From Macrostomum hystrix (lineage: Eukaryota > Animalia > Platyhelminthes), in NCBI GenBank assembly GCA_950097015.1, contig CATNEN010000029.1:7874001-7938000 (forward strand): a DNA stretch of 64,000 bases, in the 5' to 3' direction. Below the pieces are notes generated by a model. The model searched no databases and was not told the DNA's origin. It saw nothing but the letters and a program-made list of their open reading frames with translations. Below, piece after piece: positions 1-12,100 of the stretch. Position numbers and translations under genes: made by a program. Numbering within the stretch: the stretch's first letter is position 1; each line of letters starts with the position of its first letter.

Positions 1-2010
1 GGCTGGCCGATCAGCCGACCAATTTAAAACTTTCAAGAAAAAATCGTATTTACAAATGACTCACTGGGAGCGTCAATAAGGATTAAAGAAGCGACAGCAG
101 CTGATATAATTTTTCAACTGCGAAATTATGGATTTTTATGAAGCAATTCCGACGATTGGTGAACAAGTGTTGTAGTTTATTAGCGAGAAATGGCATTGAG
201 GCTGGGGTTAAACACAATCAGTGCGTGACGTTGATACGCCAGTCGTGCCACATGTGACCTAACCGAGAATCAGATTCAACTGAATTACCACTTCAAATCC
301 AAACGCGCCCCTTATGATAAGTGACTCCATTTTGTTGAATCTTAACTCCCACGTCACTGACATCTGCTGCAACGCACTGGTCTGAGGACAATGGCGCCAA
401 TAGAGTGCCAGACAAAGACTTACTCGCTATAGTTTGTGTTTGCTGTCTAAGCAGGTGGGGATTAAGAACCGGTTGTTGAGCGCGGAACAGAACAGCAGCA
501 GTGGCAGGTAGCAATGCACCAGACATTGGTTGACTCATACAACTAGGCCGGCTGGTTTTCAAGACAATAGAATAAACTTAACAGTGGTTAATAGCTTAAA
601 CAGAATTAGAATTAGAGCTAGGTGCTCATGACGCGCACATGACGCGCTCGCACAAAGACAAAATCATTTTATCAGCTGGATCAGTGTTTTGATGCAGCTG
701 ATAGTACTGTGTCTCACACCTATGTTCCTGAGCCGCGTGCCAAGGTCACATTCATTTGGGGCGCAGCCGCTGAGAGAAGGCTGGCCGTTTTTTTCGTTCA
801 ATTTACGCCCTTGAGGGCCAACCTCTAAATCACAGTGAGAGTGTGTGCCTTCGTACAGAATGCAGAAATAGATATTGCTTTTATCACGCCAATAAATAAA
901 AATACCTGTTCAAGCCCATTAAAAAAACTAAAATATGTTCATCCGGAGTCCAAATCTCACGACTCGAAGGCGGAGAAGGCGAACAAAGAAGTGTTCAGAT
1001 CTGATCGTGGGATGAAGTTTATTGTTTCATTGACTTTGCATACAGCTAGACTTTGTCACGCACAGTACGGTACCAAATAGTTGATTGGTAGAAGCAATCG
1101 ATGTGATCAATTCAAATAGCTCGGGTGAGACGCTGGTTGTAAATGAACAGCTGGTAGCCTTTCTACTTGCAGGTAATTTTCGAATGCCTGCATTGACAGC
1201 TGCTGGCTAAAAGTACATTCTAAATAGAGCACATGACAGGTTTACTGGGTTAGTTAAGTGGCAGGGGGGCACAATGTTCGGATAAAGTCAAGAGATCAGC
1301 GCTCACTGGGCAGAGTGGGACAAAGGAGAAAAAAAATTCGTAGCTGCAAGCAATGCCTAGTGTTGGCCACAACGAGTAGATAAACAAGCGATAAACATGG
1401 TAAGCTAGATTTCGCATCTAAAAAAATGTGTTTAGCTTGCATTGCATCGGCTATCAAGCAATTACGACACAAAAAGTGTTGTAAACATCGATTAGCAAAT
1501 TTGACAAACTTAAATTAAAGCTGCTTAACAATATGGTATTCCCTCCAACAGGCGAAACTTATAGTTTAAATAAATTATTTCAAAAGCAAACATAGGGAAA
1601 TAATAGTTAAAGCCTACAAAGCATTCTAGCACAAATATTGTGTGTAGACATAAGGATAAAATAAGCAAGCATAGTGAGGTTAACAGATATGTACATAACT
1701 ATTGCATTATTCATAAACTAATTATCTAGAAAGATAATCAATTCTGGCTCTGTGGAGAAGCCGCAACAGATAAGGATTGGAAGAGTTAAGTTGCTTTTAA
1801 TATTTTGGTAGAATAAAAAAAGATTTAGTTAAGCCACGAAAGTATTAGGTACTTAAAGTAAAGCACAAAGCAACACTGTCTACTAGGCTACTACGAGTAC
1901 GATGCGAGCATCAATGATTTTATATAATGAACTTAGGAAAACACAGCAAAACCATGCTGAAAATTGGCTAAAGACAAAATTCAACTCGAAATTAACATTC
2001 GAACAATCCT

Positions 2011-2411
2011 AAACTCGTACACTCTTACACTCGTAAACTCGTACACTCGTAAACTCGTACACTCGTAAACTCGTAAACTCGTACACTCGTACACTCGTAA
2101 ACTCGTACACTCGTACACTCGTAAACTCGTACACTCGTAAACTCGTACACTCGTAAACTCGTACACTCGTAAACTCGTAAACTCGTACACTCGTACACTC
2201 GTAAACTCGTACACTCGTACACTCGTAAACTCGTACACTCGTAAACTCGTACACTCGTAAACTCGTACACTCGTAAACTCGTACACTCGTAAACTCGTAC
2301 ACTCGTAAACTCGTACACTCGTAAACTCGTTAACCCGCGAAGTCGTAAACTCGTACACTCGTAAACTCGTTAACCCGCGAAGTCGTAAACTCGTACACTC
2401 GTAAACTCGTT
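2011..2411. repeat. 8-bp minisatellite ACTCGTA(A/C), about 50 units
   Basis: Directly visible tandem array. It produces the spurious RVYE-repeat ORFs 1981-2358. Confidence 0.97.
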
Positions 2412-2900
2412 AACTATTTAGCTCTATAACCCAAGCTCAATAGAACTCAAACAGGTAAAAAAAAGCCTTGGGAAGAAGCGGTAACCGATAATAATTTGAA
2501 AATCCCAGCCAAAGCAGTCAGAAAGAAATCATTTTTGGCAAGAAAGGGGAGGAGCGAAAGAACACGACAAGAGCAGAAGTAAGCGCACAAAAATCTTGAA
2601 TTTTTGTTTAAAAAAAAGGTAAAATCATAAGATAAAGTCAGGAAAGAAAATAGCGACAAAAAACAAAACAGCTAGGCCCGAAAAAGCACTACAGCAAGTG
2701 TGGGTTTATAACTCATACATTAGTAACATTGCATTGAGAGCAGAACAGTGTACTCATTTTGCGCTTAGAACTGACTTAAAAAGCTTGGATTCAAACTAAT
2801 GACCTCAAAATATTCTTGAGCTCACTAAAAAGTTATGATAATCGTTTAATCATATGTTAAAAAGCAACTACAAGTAAAAGACACCGAAAACGAAATAACG

Positions 2901-3103
2901 GAGTCTAGCAATCCACTCACACTACCTGAAACCCAATGTCGCAGGTGAGTCTAGCAATCCACTCACACCACCTGAAACCCAATGTCGCAGGTGAGTCTAG
3001 CAATCCACTCACACTACCTGAAACCCAATGTCACAGGTGAGTCTAGCAATCCACTCACACTACCTGAAACCCAATGTCGCAGGTGAGTCTAGCAATCCAC
3101 TCA
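2901..3103. repeat. 46-bp tandem repeat, about 4.4 copies, overlapping the SLC7 stop codon
   Basis: Unit gagtctagcaatccactcacactacctgaaacccaatgtcgcaggt starts at 2901, 2947, 2993, 3039 and 3085. Confidence 0.95.
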
Positions 3104-6100
3104 ACTTTCGTGAGTATTGCTTGGTGCTACCAGCATAAATTTCTGCACCAGGTAAGTGAATTTCTCCTGCAAGCGTTCGAAGGAGGCCGGCTTTGACTTC
3201 CAGGCCACGCAGACAAAGTAGACGGGAATGCCGGACAGCACCATGAGCAGGCAGAGGCCGGTGCCCTTGGGCTCCGTGTACAGCGGCACAATGAGCAGGT
3301 AGAGGCAGAACAGCAGGAAGGTGACAGGCACAATCCAGTGGAATTTGATTGGTCGCGGCCATTCCGGATGTTTGCGGCGCAGGTGGAGCATGGCTAAGAT
3401 GCTGGCACCGACTGAGAACCACTGGGCGAACGAGATGTAGTCCACCAGCGTCCAGATGCTGTCAGACAGCAACATCAGCAGGGACAGCAGGCACTGAGGG
3501 CAAGGTGGGAGGCGCCGGTTGTAGTGGTCCAGCAATCCATTCAGGGGAGAATTTAGGCATTCTAATTCCATTCAGGAGGATTCTCTCGCCCAGTGATCCA
3601 AGCTTCGGATTCCTAACCGGGAGGTCATGAGTTCGAATCGTAATAATAATATTACGATTGCTGCCCGTGATGGGCCACGGGCAATGGCACATCATTTGGT
3701 GACACTAGACCCGCAGCAGGCAATTCTGCCCATTTCGCAGACTCCTGAGCACACACGCACACTGATACTGTACACAGGCACACACTCACACAGGTGAGTA
3801 TATCTGCCCTGACTTTCTCATCGTCAGGCAGTGTACACTCTCACTGTGCCTTGGAGGTTGGCCCTCAAGGGCGTAAATAGCACGACAAGCCCCCAAGCCT
3901 TCTCTACGCGGCTACGCTCCAAAAAAATGCGGCCTCGCCGCGGAATCGAACTCATGATCTTAGTGCGAGAGGCAAACGCGTTAACCGCTCTGCCACCAAC
4001 CCCCGAGTTGGAATTTGAGCCCAGAAACATTTAATATTTGTCTTTGAGCAAGACATTGCATTGAAAAATAGCTTTAGTTCGTATGCCTGTCTAATAGGTA
4101 CCATCAATATCTGCGGTGACCACCCAGTCCATGGACTGTACATGGACTGCAGCAACAGCTGTGCAACTGAGAGTAAATTGCTCGTACTGGGCTAGCTAAA
4201 ATAGCTCGCCTTTAACATTTAAAGCACAGCAAAAATGGCTCGATCCGGCAGGATTTAACCATCGGGGAAAAAAGTTTACAAATAGTCCCAACTTTATCCC
4301 CTTATCCAAATGCGTCCTTAAAATAGACCAGGGATTAGGCTAGGGGTGGTTTGTAGAAAAATTTTCTATCCAATGAGTTTCGGTTGGCAGTAATTTTTGT
4401 GATTCATTTTTTACAATATACTCACTATCCTACTCATAGTAGAATGTCTAGAAAAATATAGAAAAAAGAACTAAAAAACAAGCACAGCCACTCACTGTGA
4501 ACACCATTGCGGGCATTGGCGTCTTGCGCTTGATGCTGATGTAAGACAGGAAGGCCGGCAGCTGCTTCTCACGGGCGCCAACGAAGAAAATGCGGCCGGA
4601 TGTGAACAGAAGGCCGTTCACGGTGCCGAAGCAGGAGACGGACACGGCCAGGGGCATCACGAAGGCGAATACGCCGTAGTACTTCTCAGCGAATGACTGC
4701 GGATGAGATTCCAATACAAAAAGGATGAGATTCCAATACAAATAGGATGAGATTCCAATACAAAAAAGATGAGATTCCAATACAAATAGGATGAGATTCC
4801 AATACAAAAAAGATGAGATTCCAATACAAATAGGATGAGATTCCAATACAAAAAGGATGAAATTCCAATACAAAAAGGATGAAATTCCAATACAAATAGG
4901 ATGAAATTCCAATACAAATAGGATGAAATTCCAATACAAAAAGGATAAGATTCCAATACAAAAAGGATGAGATTCCAATACAAAAAGGATGAAATTCCAA
5001 TACAAAAAAGATGAGATTCCAATACAAAGAGGATGAAATTCCAATACAAAAAGGATGAGATTCCAATACAAAAAGGATGAAATTCCAATACAAAGAGGAT
5101 GAGATTCCAATACAAAAAGGATGAGATTCCAATACAAAAAGGATGAGATTCCAATACAAAAAGGATGAGATTCCAATACAAAAAGGATGAAATTCCAATA
5201 CAAAAAGGATGAGATTCCAATACAAAAAGGATGAGATTCCAATACAAAAAGGATGAAATTCCAATACAAAAAGGATGAAATTCCAATACAAAAAGGATGA
5301 AATTCCAATACAAAAAGGATGAGATTCCAATACAAATAGGATGAGATTCCAATACAAAAAGGATAAAATTCCAATACAAAAAGGATGAAATTCCAATACA
5401 AAAAGGATGAAATTCCAATACAAAAAGGATGAAATTCCAATACAAAGAGGATGAAATTCCAATACAAAAAGGATAAAATTCCAATACAAAAAGGATGAAA
5501 TTCCAATACAAAAAGGATGAGATTCCAATACAAAAAGGATAAAATTCCAATACAAAAAGGATGAAATTCCAATACAAAGAGGATGAAATTCCAATACAAA
5601 GAGGATGAGATTCCAATACAAAAAGGATGAAATTCCAATACAAAGAGGATGAAATTCCAATACAAAAAGGATGAGATTCCAATACAAAGAGGATGAAATT
5701 CCAATACAAAGAGGATGAAATTCCAATACAAAAAGGATGAAATTCCAATACAAAAAGGATGAAATTCCAATACAAAGAGGATGAAATTCCAATACAAAAA
5801 GGATGAAATTCCAATACAAAAAGGATGAAATTCCAATACAAAAAGGATGAAATTCCAATACAAAAAGGATGAAATTCCAATACAAAAAGGATGAAATTCC
5901 AATACAAAAAGGATGAAATTCCAATACAAAAAGGATGAAATTCCAATACAAATAGGATGAAATTCCAATACAAAAAGGATGAGATTCCAATACAAATAGG
6001 ATGAGATTCCAATACAAAAAGGATAAAATTCCAATACAAAAAGGATGAAATTCCAATACAAAAAGGATGAAATTCCAATACAAATAGGATGAGATTCCAA

Positions 6101-9100
6101 TACAAAAAGGATGAAATTCCAATACAAAAAGGATGAGATTCCAATACAAAAAGGATGAAATTCCAATACAAAAAGGATGAGATTCCAATACAAAAAGGAT
6201 GAGATTCCAATACAAAAAGGATGAAATTCCAATACAAAAAGGATGAGATTCCAATACAAAAAGGATGAGATTCCAATACAAAAAGGATGAAATTCCAATA
6301 CAAAAAGGATGAAATTCCAATACAAAAAGGATGAAATTCCAATACAAAGAGGATGAGATTCCAATACAAAAAGGATGAGATTCCAATACAAAGAGGATGA
6401 AATTCCAATACAAAAAGGATGAAATTCCAATACAAAGAGGATGAAATTCCAATACAAAAAGGATGAAATTCCAATACAAAAAGGATGAAATTCCAATACA
6501 AAAAGGATGAAATTCCAATACAAAAAGGATGAGATTCCAATACAAAAAGGATGAAATTCCAATACAAATAGGATGAGATTCCAATACAAATAGGATGAGA
6601 TTCCAATACAAAAAGGATAAAATTCCAATACAAAAAGGATGAAATTCCAATACAAAAAGGATGAAATTCCAATACAAAAAGGATGAAATTCCAATACAAA
6701 AAGGATGAAATTCCAATACAAATAGGATGAGATTCCAATACAAATAGGATGAGATTCCAATACAAAAAGGATAAAATTCCAATACAAAAAGGATGAAATT
6801 CCAATACAAAAAGGATGAAATTCCAATACAAATAGGATGAGATTCCAATACAAAAAGGATGAAATTCCAATACAAATAGGATGAGATTCCAATACAAAAA
6901 GGATGAAATTCCAATACAAATAGGATGAGATCCCAATCCAGAGGTCGGTAATGCTTCAGATCCCAATCCAGAGGTCAGTAATGCTTCAGATCCCAATCCA
7001 GAGGTCAGTAATGCTTCAGATCCCAATCCAGAGGTCAGTAATGCTTCAGATCCCAATCCAGAGGTCAGTAATGCTTCAGATCATTAGTTTGTATATTTGA
7101 AAATCTAAATACAAACAGAAGCAATTCTCCACATGGAGTTCAACGCACCACAGCGACTGCCTCAGTGGTGCTGATCTCGTAAGGTGAGAGCACGATGAAG
7201 TAGGACAGGTTGGTCAATACGTACACGATTGTCACAATGGGAAGGCTCAGGTAGATTGCTCTGGGCAGATTCCTAAAGGTAAAAAAACAATTGGCTTGTG
7301 CAAAAAAACATTGGAAGCCTTCGAAATTTATTTCACCGTAAAGGACGGAAACTTTTGATCTATCAAATAGTACACTTCCATAAAATTCGGTCATTCTGTT
7401 TGGGAGCTGTCGTGAAGTAGGCAGTGGGTATTTGAAATACCCCTCGGTAGTATTTTCCCAGGCGGGGAAATAGCGTGGTCTTTCTACTGTTAACCGAACC
7501 GAAGTCATATCTCATCATTATACTAATAGTAGGCAAAAGGCATTTTAAGCATAAAAACGTTCAGAAAGTATTACGAGATACTTACTTATGCGGTTCCTTC
7601 ATCTCCTCGGTGACAAAGTTAAGGAAGTTCCTGCGAAATAGAGAAGACAATTATTTTTCAAGCGTAAAGAGTTAAAACTAACAATGCTAAATTTAGAACG
7701 GAATCATCGCTCACCATCCAGCATAGGCAAAGAGGCTATTGTACAGAGCCATGGCAGTGCCGCCAACTGTTGGCAACTTCTCGGAGAAGTCGAAGGTATT
7801 CTCTGGCAGAATGTTCTCCACCTTGCCTGTGAAAAATACGCTCGTATTAGTATAACATTTTTATTTAGGCTTACCGAGTTTTTGTGTCTTGTGTCCAAAA
7901 AACATTTTTGTGTGCTGAAATTTTAAAATATTTCGATACATATCGGCTAGTTGTTTAAATAGCAATGAAATTCTCGCAGGTTCTTATGAAGACAATAGAA
8001 TATAGATCGTTGGACAATAAACGCGTGTCCCCACTTCTCTTCTCTTTTCCTCTGTTTCAGCAGCAGCAAAAGCAGCAGCAGCAGCAACAGCCACACCAAC
8101 TGCCCAGAAAAATTTAGATGAAAAATTCTCGGTAGACAGAAAGCAGACAGACGCTCCGGTTCTTGTGACAGTTGACATGGACAGCTCGGGAGCAGGCTCG
8201 CCACAGCGAGACAAATAGGAGACACCGGGTTCACGGACAGATGCGAGTGGGCATTGCTCCATGTTCCATTATTTTAATGGAATCCCACGGAAGTTGCTGA
8301 CAGCAACTTTAGCCAGATTGTTTCCGGCCAAAGCAGAAATGCATCACCAGAAAAGGTCACGAGCCTCTTTCGCCGGCTAGGTTTTGCTGTTGCTGGGACC
8401 ATTGTGCCGAGGAACGAAATATACCTATAGCAGAATCCATTTTCTGTATTCAATTTCTAGTTCTAGCTTTTGTGAATAGACCATTCGATTGCTATGACCC
8501 TTTATTGTGCACCAAAAATTTCTGAGCACAAAAGACGCATCGCCCTAACTGAATCCCTGCGGAACTAGGAACACAGTGTAAGCACACTGACATATACAGA
8601 TCCACTGATGACTTCTGAAAACCAGCCCGCAGTGATGAATGCGTCTGCGATTCCACTGAGGCAATTTTATGCTTGATCCAGAGTCACATATTTTCATGCT
8701 TCTGAACCAGAACTATAAGGTATGGCATGGAAATATAAATTTCTCGGCACTAAAAGAGTCAACCTTTTTTGTCTGCGCTATAAAAAAAGCAGACAAAACA
8801 CGAAAGCATGCGCTTTACTGATAGCATGCGTCCCCTCTCGACCAAAGATGTGTCCCTTCCCGACCAAAGATGTCTCTTCCCGACTAAAGATAGTCGAGCA
8901 TGTGTCCCTTCTCGACCAAAGATGTGTCTCTTCCCGACTAAAGATAGTCGAGCATGTGTCCCTTCTCGACCAAAGATGTGTCTCTTCCCGACTAAAGATA
9001 GTCGAGCATGCGTCCCTTCTCGACCAAAGATATATCTTCCCGACTAAAGATAGTCGAGCATGCGTCCCTTCTCGACCAAAGATGTCTCTTCCCGACTAAA

Positions 9101-12100
9101 GATAGTCGAGCATGTGTCCCTTCTCGACCAAAGATGTGTCTCTTCCTGACTAAAGATAGTCGAGCATGCGTCCCTTCTCGACCAAAGATGTCTCTTCCCG
9201 ACTAAAGACAGTCGAGCATGCGTCCCTTCTCGACCAAAGATTTGTCCCTTGTCGACTAAAGATAGTCGAGCATGCGTCCCTTCTCGACAAAAGATGTGTC
9301 TTTTCCCCACTAAAGATAGTCGAGCATGCGTCCCTACTCGACCAAAGATTTGTCTCTTCCAGACTAAAGATAGTCGATCATGTGTCTCTTCCAGACTAAA
9401 GATAGTCGATCACGTGTCTCTTCCCGACTAAAGAGTCGAGCATGTGACTCTTCCAGACTACAGATAGTTGATCATGTTTCTCTTCCCGACCTAAAGATAG
9501 TCGAGCATGTGACTCTTCCCGACTAAAGATGGTCGATCATGTGTCTCTTCCCAACTAAAGATAGTCGATCATGTGCCTCTTCCCAACTAAAGATAGTCGA
9601 TCATGCGTCTCTTCCCAACTAAAGATAGTCGAGCATGCGTCCCTACTCGACCAAAGATTTGTCTCTTCCCGACTAAAGATAGTCGAGCATGCGTCCCTAC
9701 TCGACCAAAGATTTGTCTCTTCCCGACTAAAGATAGTCGAGCATGTGTCCCTTCTCAACCAAAGATGTGTCTCTTCCCGACTAAAGATAGTCGATCATGC
9801 GTCTCTTCCCAACTAAAGATAGTCGAGCATGCGTCCCTACTCGACCAAAGATTTGTCTCTTCCCGACTAAAGATAGTCGAGCATGCGTCCCTACTCGACC
9901 AAAGATTTGTCTCTTCCCGACTAAAGATAGTCGAGCATGTGTCCCTTCTCAACCAAAGATGTGTCTCTTCCCGACTAAAGATAGTCGAGCATGTGTCCCT
10001 TCTCGACCAAAGATGTGTCTCTTCCCGACTAAAGATAGTCGAGCATGTGTCCCTTCTCGACCAAAGATGTGTCTCTTCCCGACTAAAGATAGTCGATCAT
10101 GTGTCTCTTCCCGACTAAAGATAGTCGAGCATGTGTCCCTTCTCGACCAAAGATGTGTCTCTTCCCGACTAAAGATAGTCGATCATGCGTCCCTTCTCGG
10201 CCAAATACGGTAAAGTATGCGTCCCTTCCATTATCGGAAGAACAGCAAAGATTTGATTCAATACAAATAGGCGATTAATTCGTTGAATCCTCATTCAGAG
10301 TGAATTATGAGTGCTCACCCATAGCGAGAACTACCAGGCCAGTGACGATGATGGCAGCCAATGCGATCAGCTTAGCAAACGAGAATGTGTCCTGAATGCG
10401 CACAGCCCACTTCACCTTGGTGATGTTGATAATGGTGAGCAGCACTGTCAAAATAGAAAGAAAAAAGTGGATGAAATAAAAAACAGTAGAAGTTCTTTGT
10501 TAAAAAATTATTACGAGCTCGTAAGTAAACCGGATTGTTTCTTTAGTTGTAATAGAAAATGGAATCATTGCATACAAACTAGTAAATGTTCCTTCGAACG
10601 AACACTTCTCGGTACGCAAGTATGTGCTCTGTTATTACCAAACACTCCATAAACTAGGTGATATGGGCCGTGACACAAAGCAAACAAAAACCACGCTTCT
10701 ATAGGGAGGAGAATAATGCTACTCAAATTTTATTCGGTCGATAAAAGGAAAAAGCCGAGTGCACTGGAACCAGGCAATCGGTTCTTAAAATTGTTAAGAT
10801 AAACTGACCTGATAAGGGCCAAGTGACGCTTTTCTTCCTAGCATTAATAATAAAACACTGCAGCGCATTTTAAAAGAATCTAAATAAGCTTAGAGTCTAA
10901 ATTAAATGCATGGTTTTTACTTAACTTTACGTCACTCTGTTCCTGTACCAGTCACTCTGTTCCTGTACCAGTCGCTCTGTTCCTGTACCAGTCACTCTGT
11001 TCCTGTACCAGTCACTCTGTTCCTGTACCAGTCACTCTGTTCCTGTACCAGTCACTCTGTTCCTGTACCAGTCACTCTGTTCCTGTACCAGTCACTCTGT
11101 TCCTGTACCAGTCACTCTGTTCCTGTACCAGTCACTCTGTTCCTGTACCAGTCACTCTGTTCCTGTACCAGTCACTCTGTTCCTGTACCAGTCACTCTGT
11201 TCCTGTACCAGTCACTCTGTTCCTGTACCAGTCACTCTGTTCCTGTACCAGTCACTCTGTTCCTGTACCAGTCACTCTGAATCTAACTTAAAAATTCAGT
11301 AAATACAAAGTATACTGAAAAAATGAAAGGCCGCTGAAACGCCCACGCAGAGAGAAAAGCACACGAGAATGTCAAAATGCATCGACCGAGATTTAAAAGA
11401 GACAATTGGTTCTACAGAACCCTAGGATATGAAAATCCAGAACCATGCTGAGGCAAGCTAGCACCAAAAATAACTGGTTCTTAGACCCGTCTTTTCCTAT
11501 TCTGCCTCTATCGCCCCAGAGGGCTTTTCAACCAAAGGGATTTAGGATCGGAATGCCGACCAGAAATTGCTAGGATTAAGACACTCCGGGTCGCTCTGCA
11601 TGCCTCGCCCAGCCCACATTGCCAGTCATTCGGTGACTTGAGCTCCCAGAGTCATACCAGTTGGCGATTCCGCTGTGAGCTTCAGTGAATCTCAGGCAGC
11701 AACAGCAGAGAGTCAATATCGCTTTTGGCGAAATTCGATCTTGCAAAAAATAATCTTCCGCTTGCCTTTGGCTAAGTCAGGAGTACGAATAGACAGACAA
11801 GGAGACATGCGGCTTAAAATAAAATTAAATATTTTTTGTAAACATTGAACTATTTTAACTCAAATGCATTGTTTTGTCATTGTCGTTCGTATTGTCCATT
11901 TACTCCAATTTCCAACTATTGAAGCGCTGTGATTGGCTGGCCTAATACAATTTTAATCGTGGTACTAAGACACTTCTTTCTAAATATGATTGGTGGGCAA
12001 TTGGCTATATTAGTTTTACCAACTTTTGTCTCCCGCACGACCTCTGATTGGCTAGTGTTTGATGCTTTGACCAAGTTTTGTCTCCCGCACGACCTCTGAT

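Noticed and set aside
293-1080. ORFs 293-562 and 835-1080
   Set aside because: No recognisable motifs or splice-consistent partners. The second begins inside a SINE-A fragment.
4448-7056. Three overlapping 742-823 aa ORFs ([22 protein letters not shown] repeats)
   Set aside because: These are translations of a stop-free 22-bp satellite. Only 4496-4696 is a real SLC7 exon, bounded by splice sites.
8605-8620. Hammerhead ribozyme-like CTGATGA...GAAA core (also CTGATGA near 63519)
   Set aside because: No pairable stem II, and no complementary stem I/III arms nearby.
8826-10200. CRISPR-like array of palindromic repeats
   Set aside because: There are no unique spacers and no cas genes, the context is a eukaryotic intron, and the sequence between hairpins is itself repeated.
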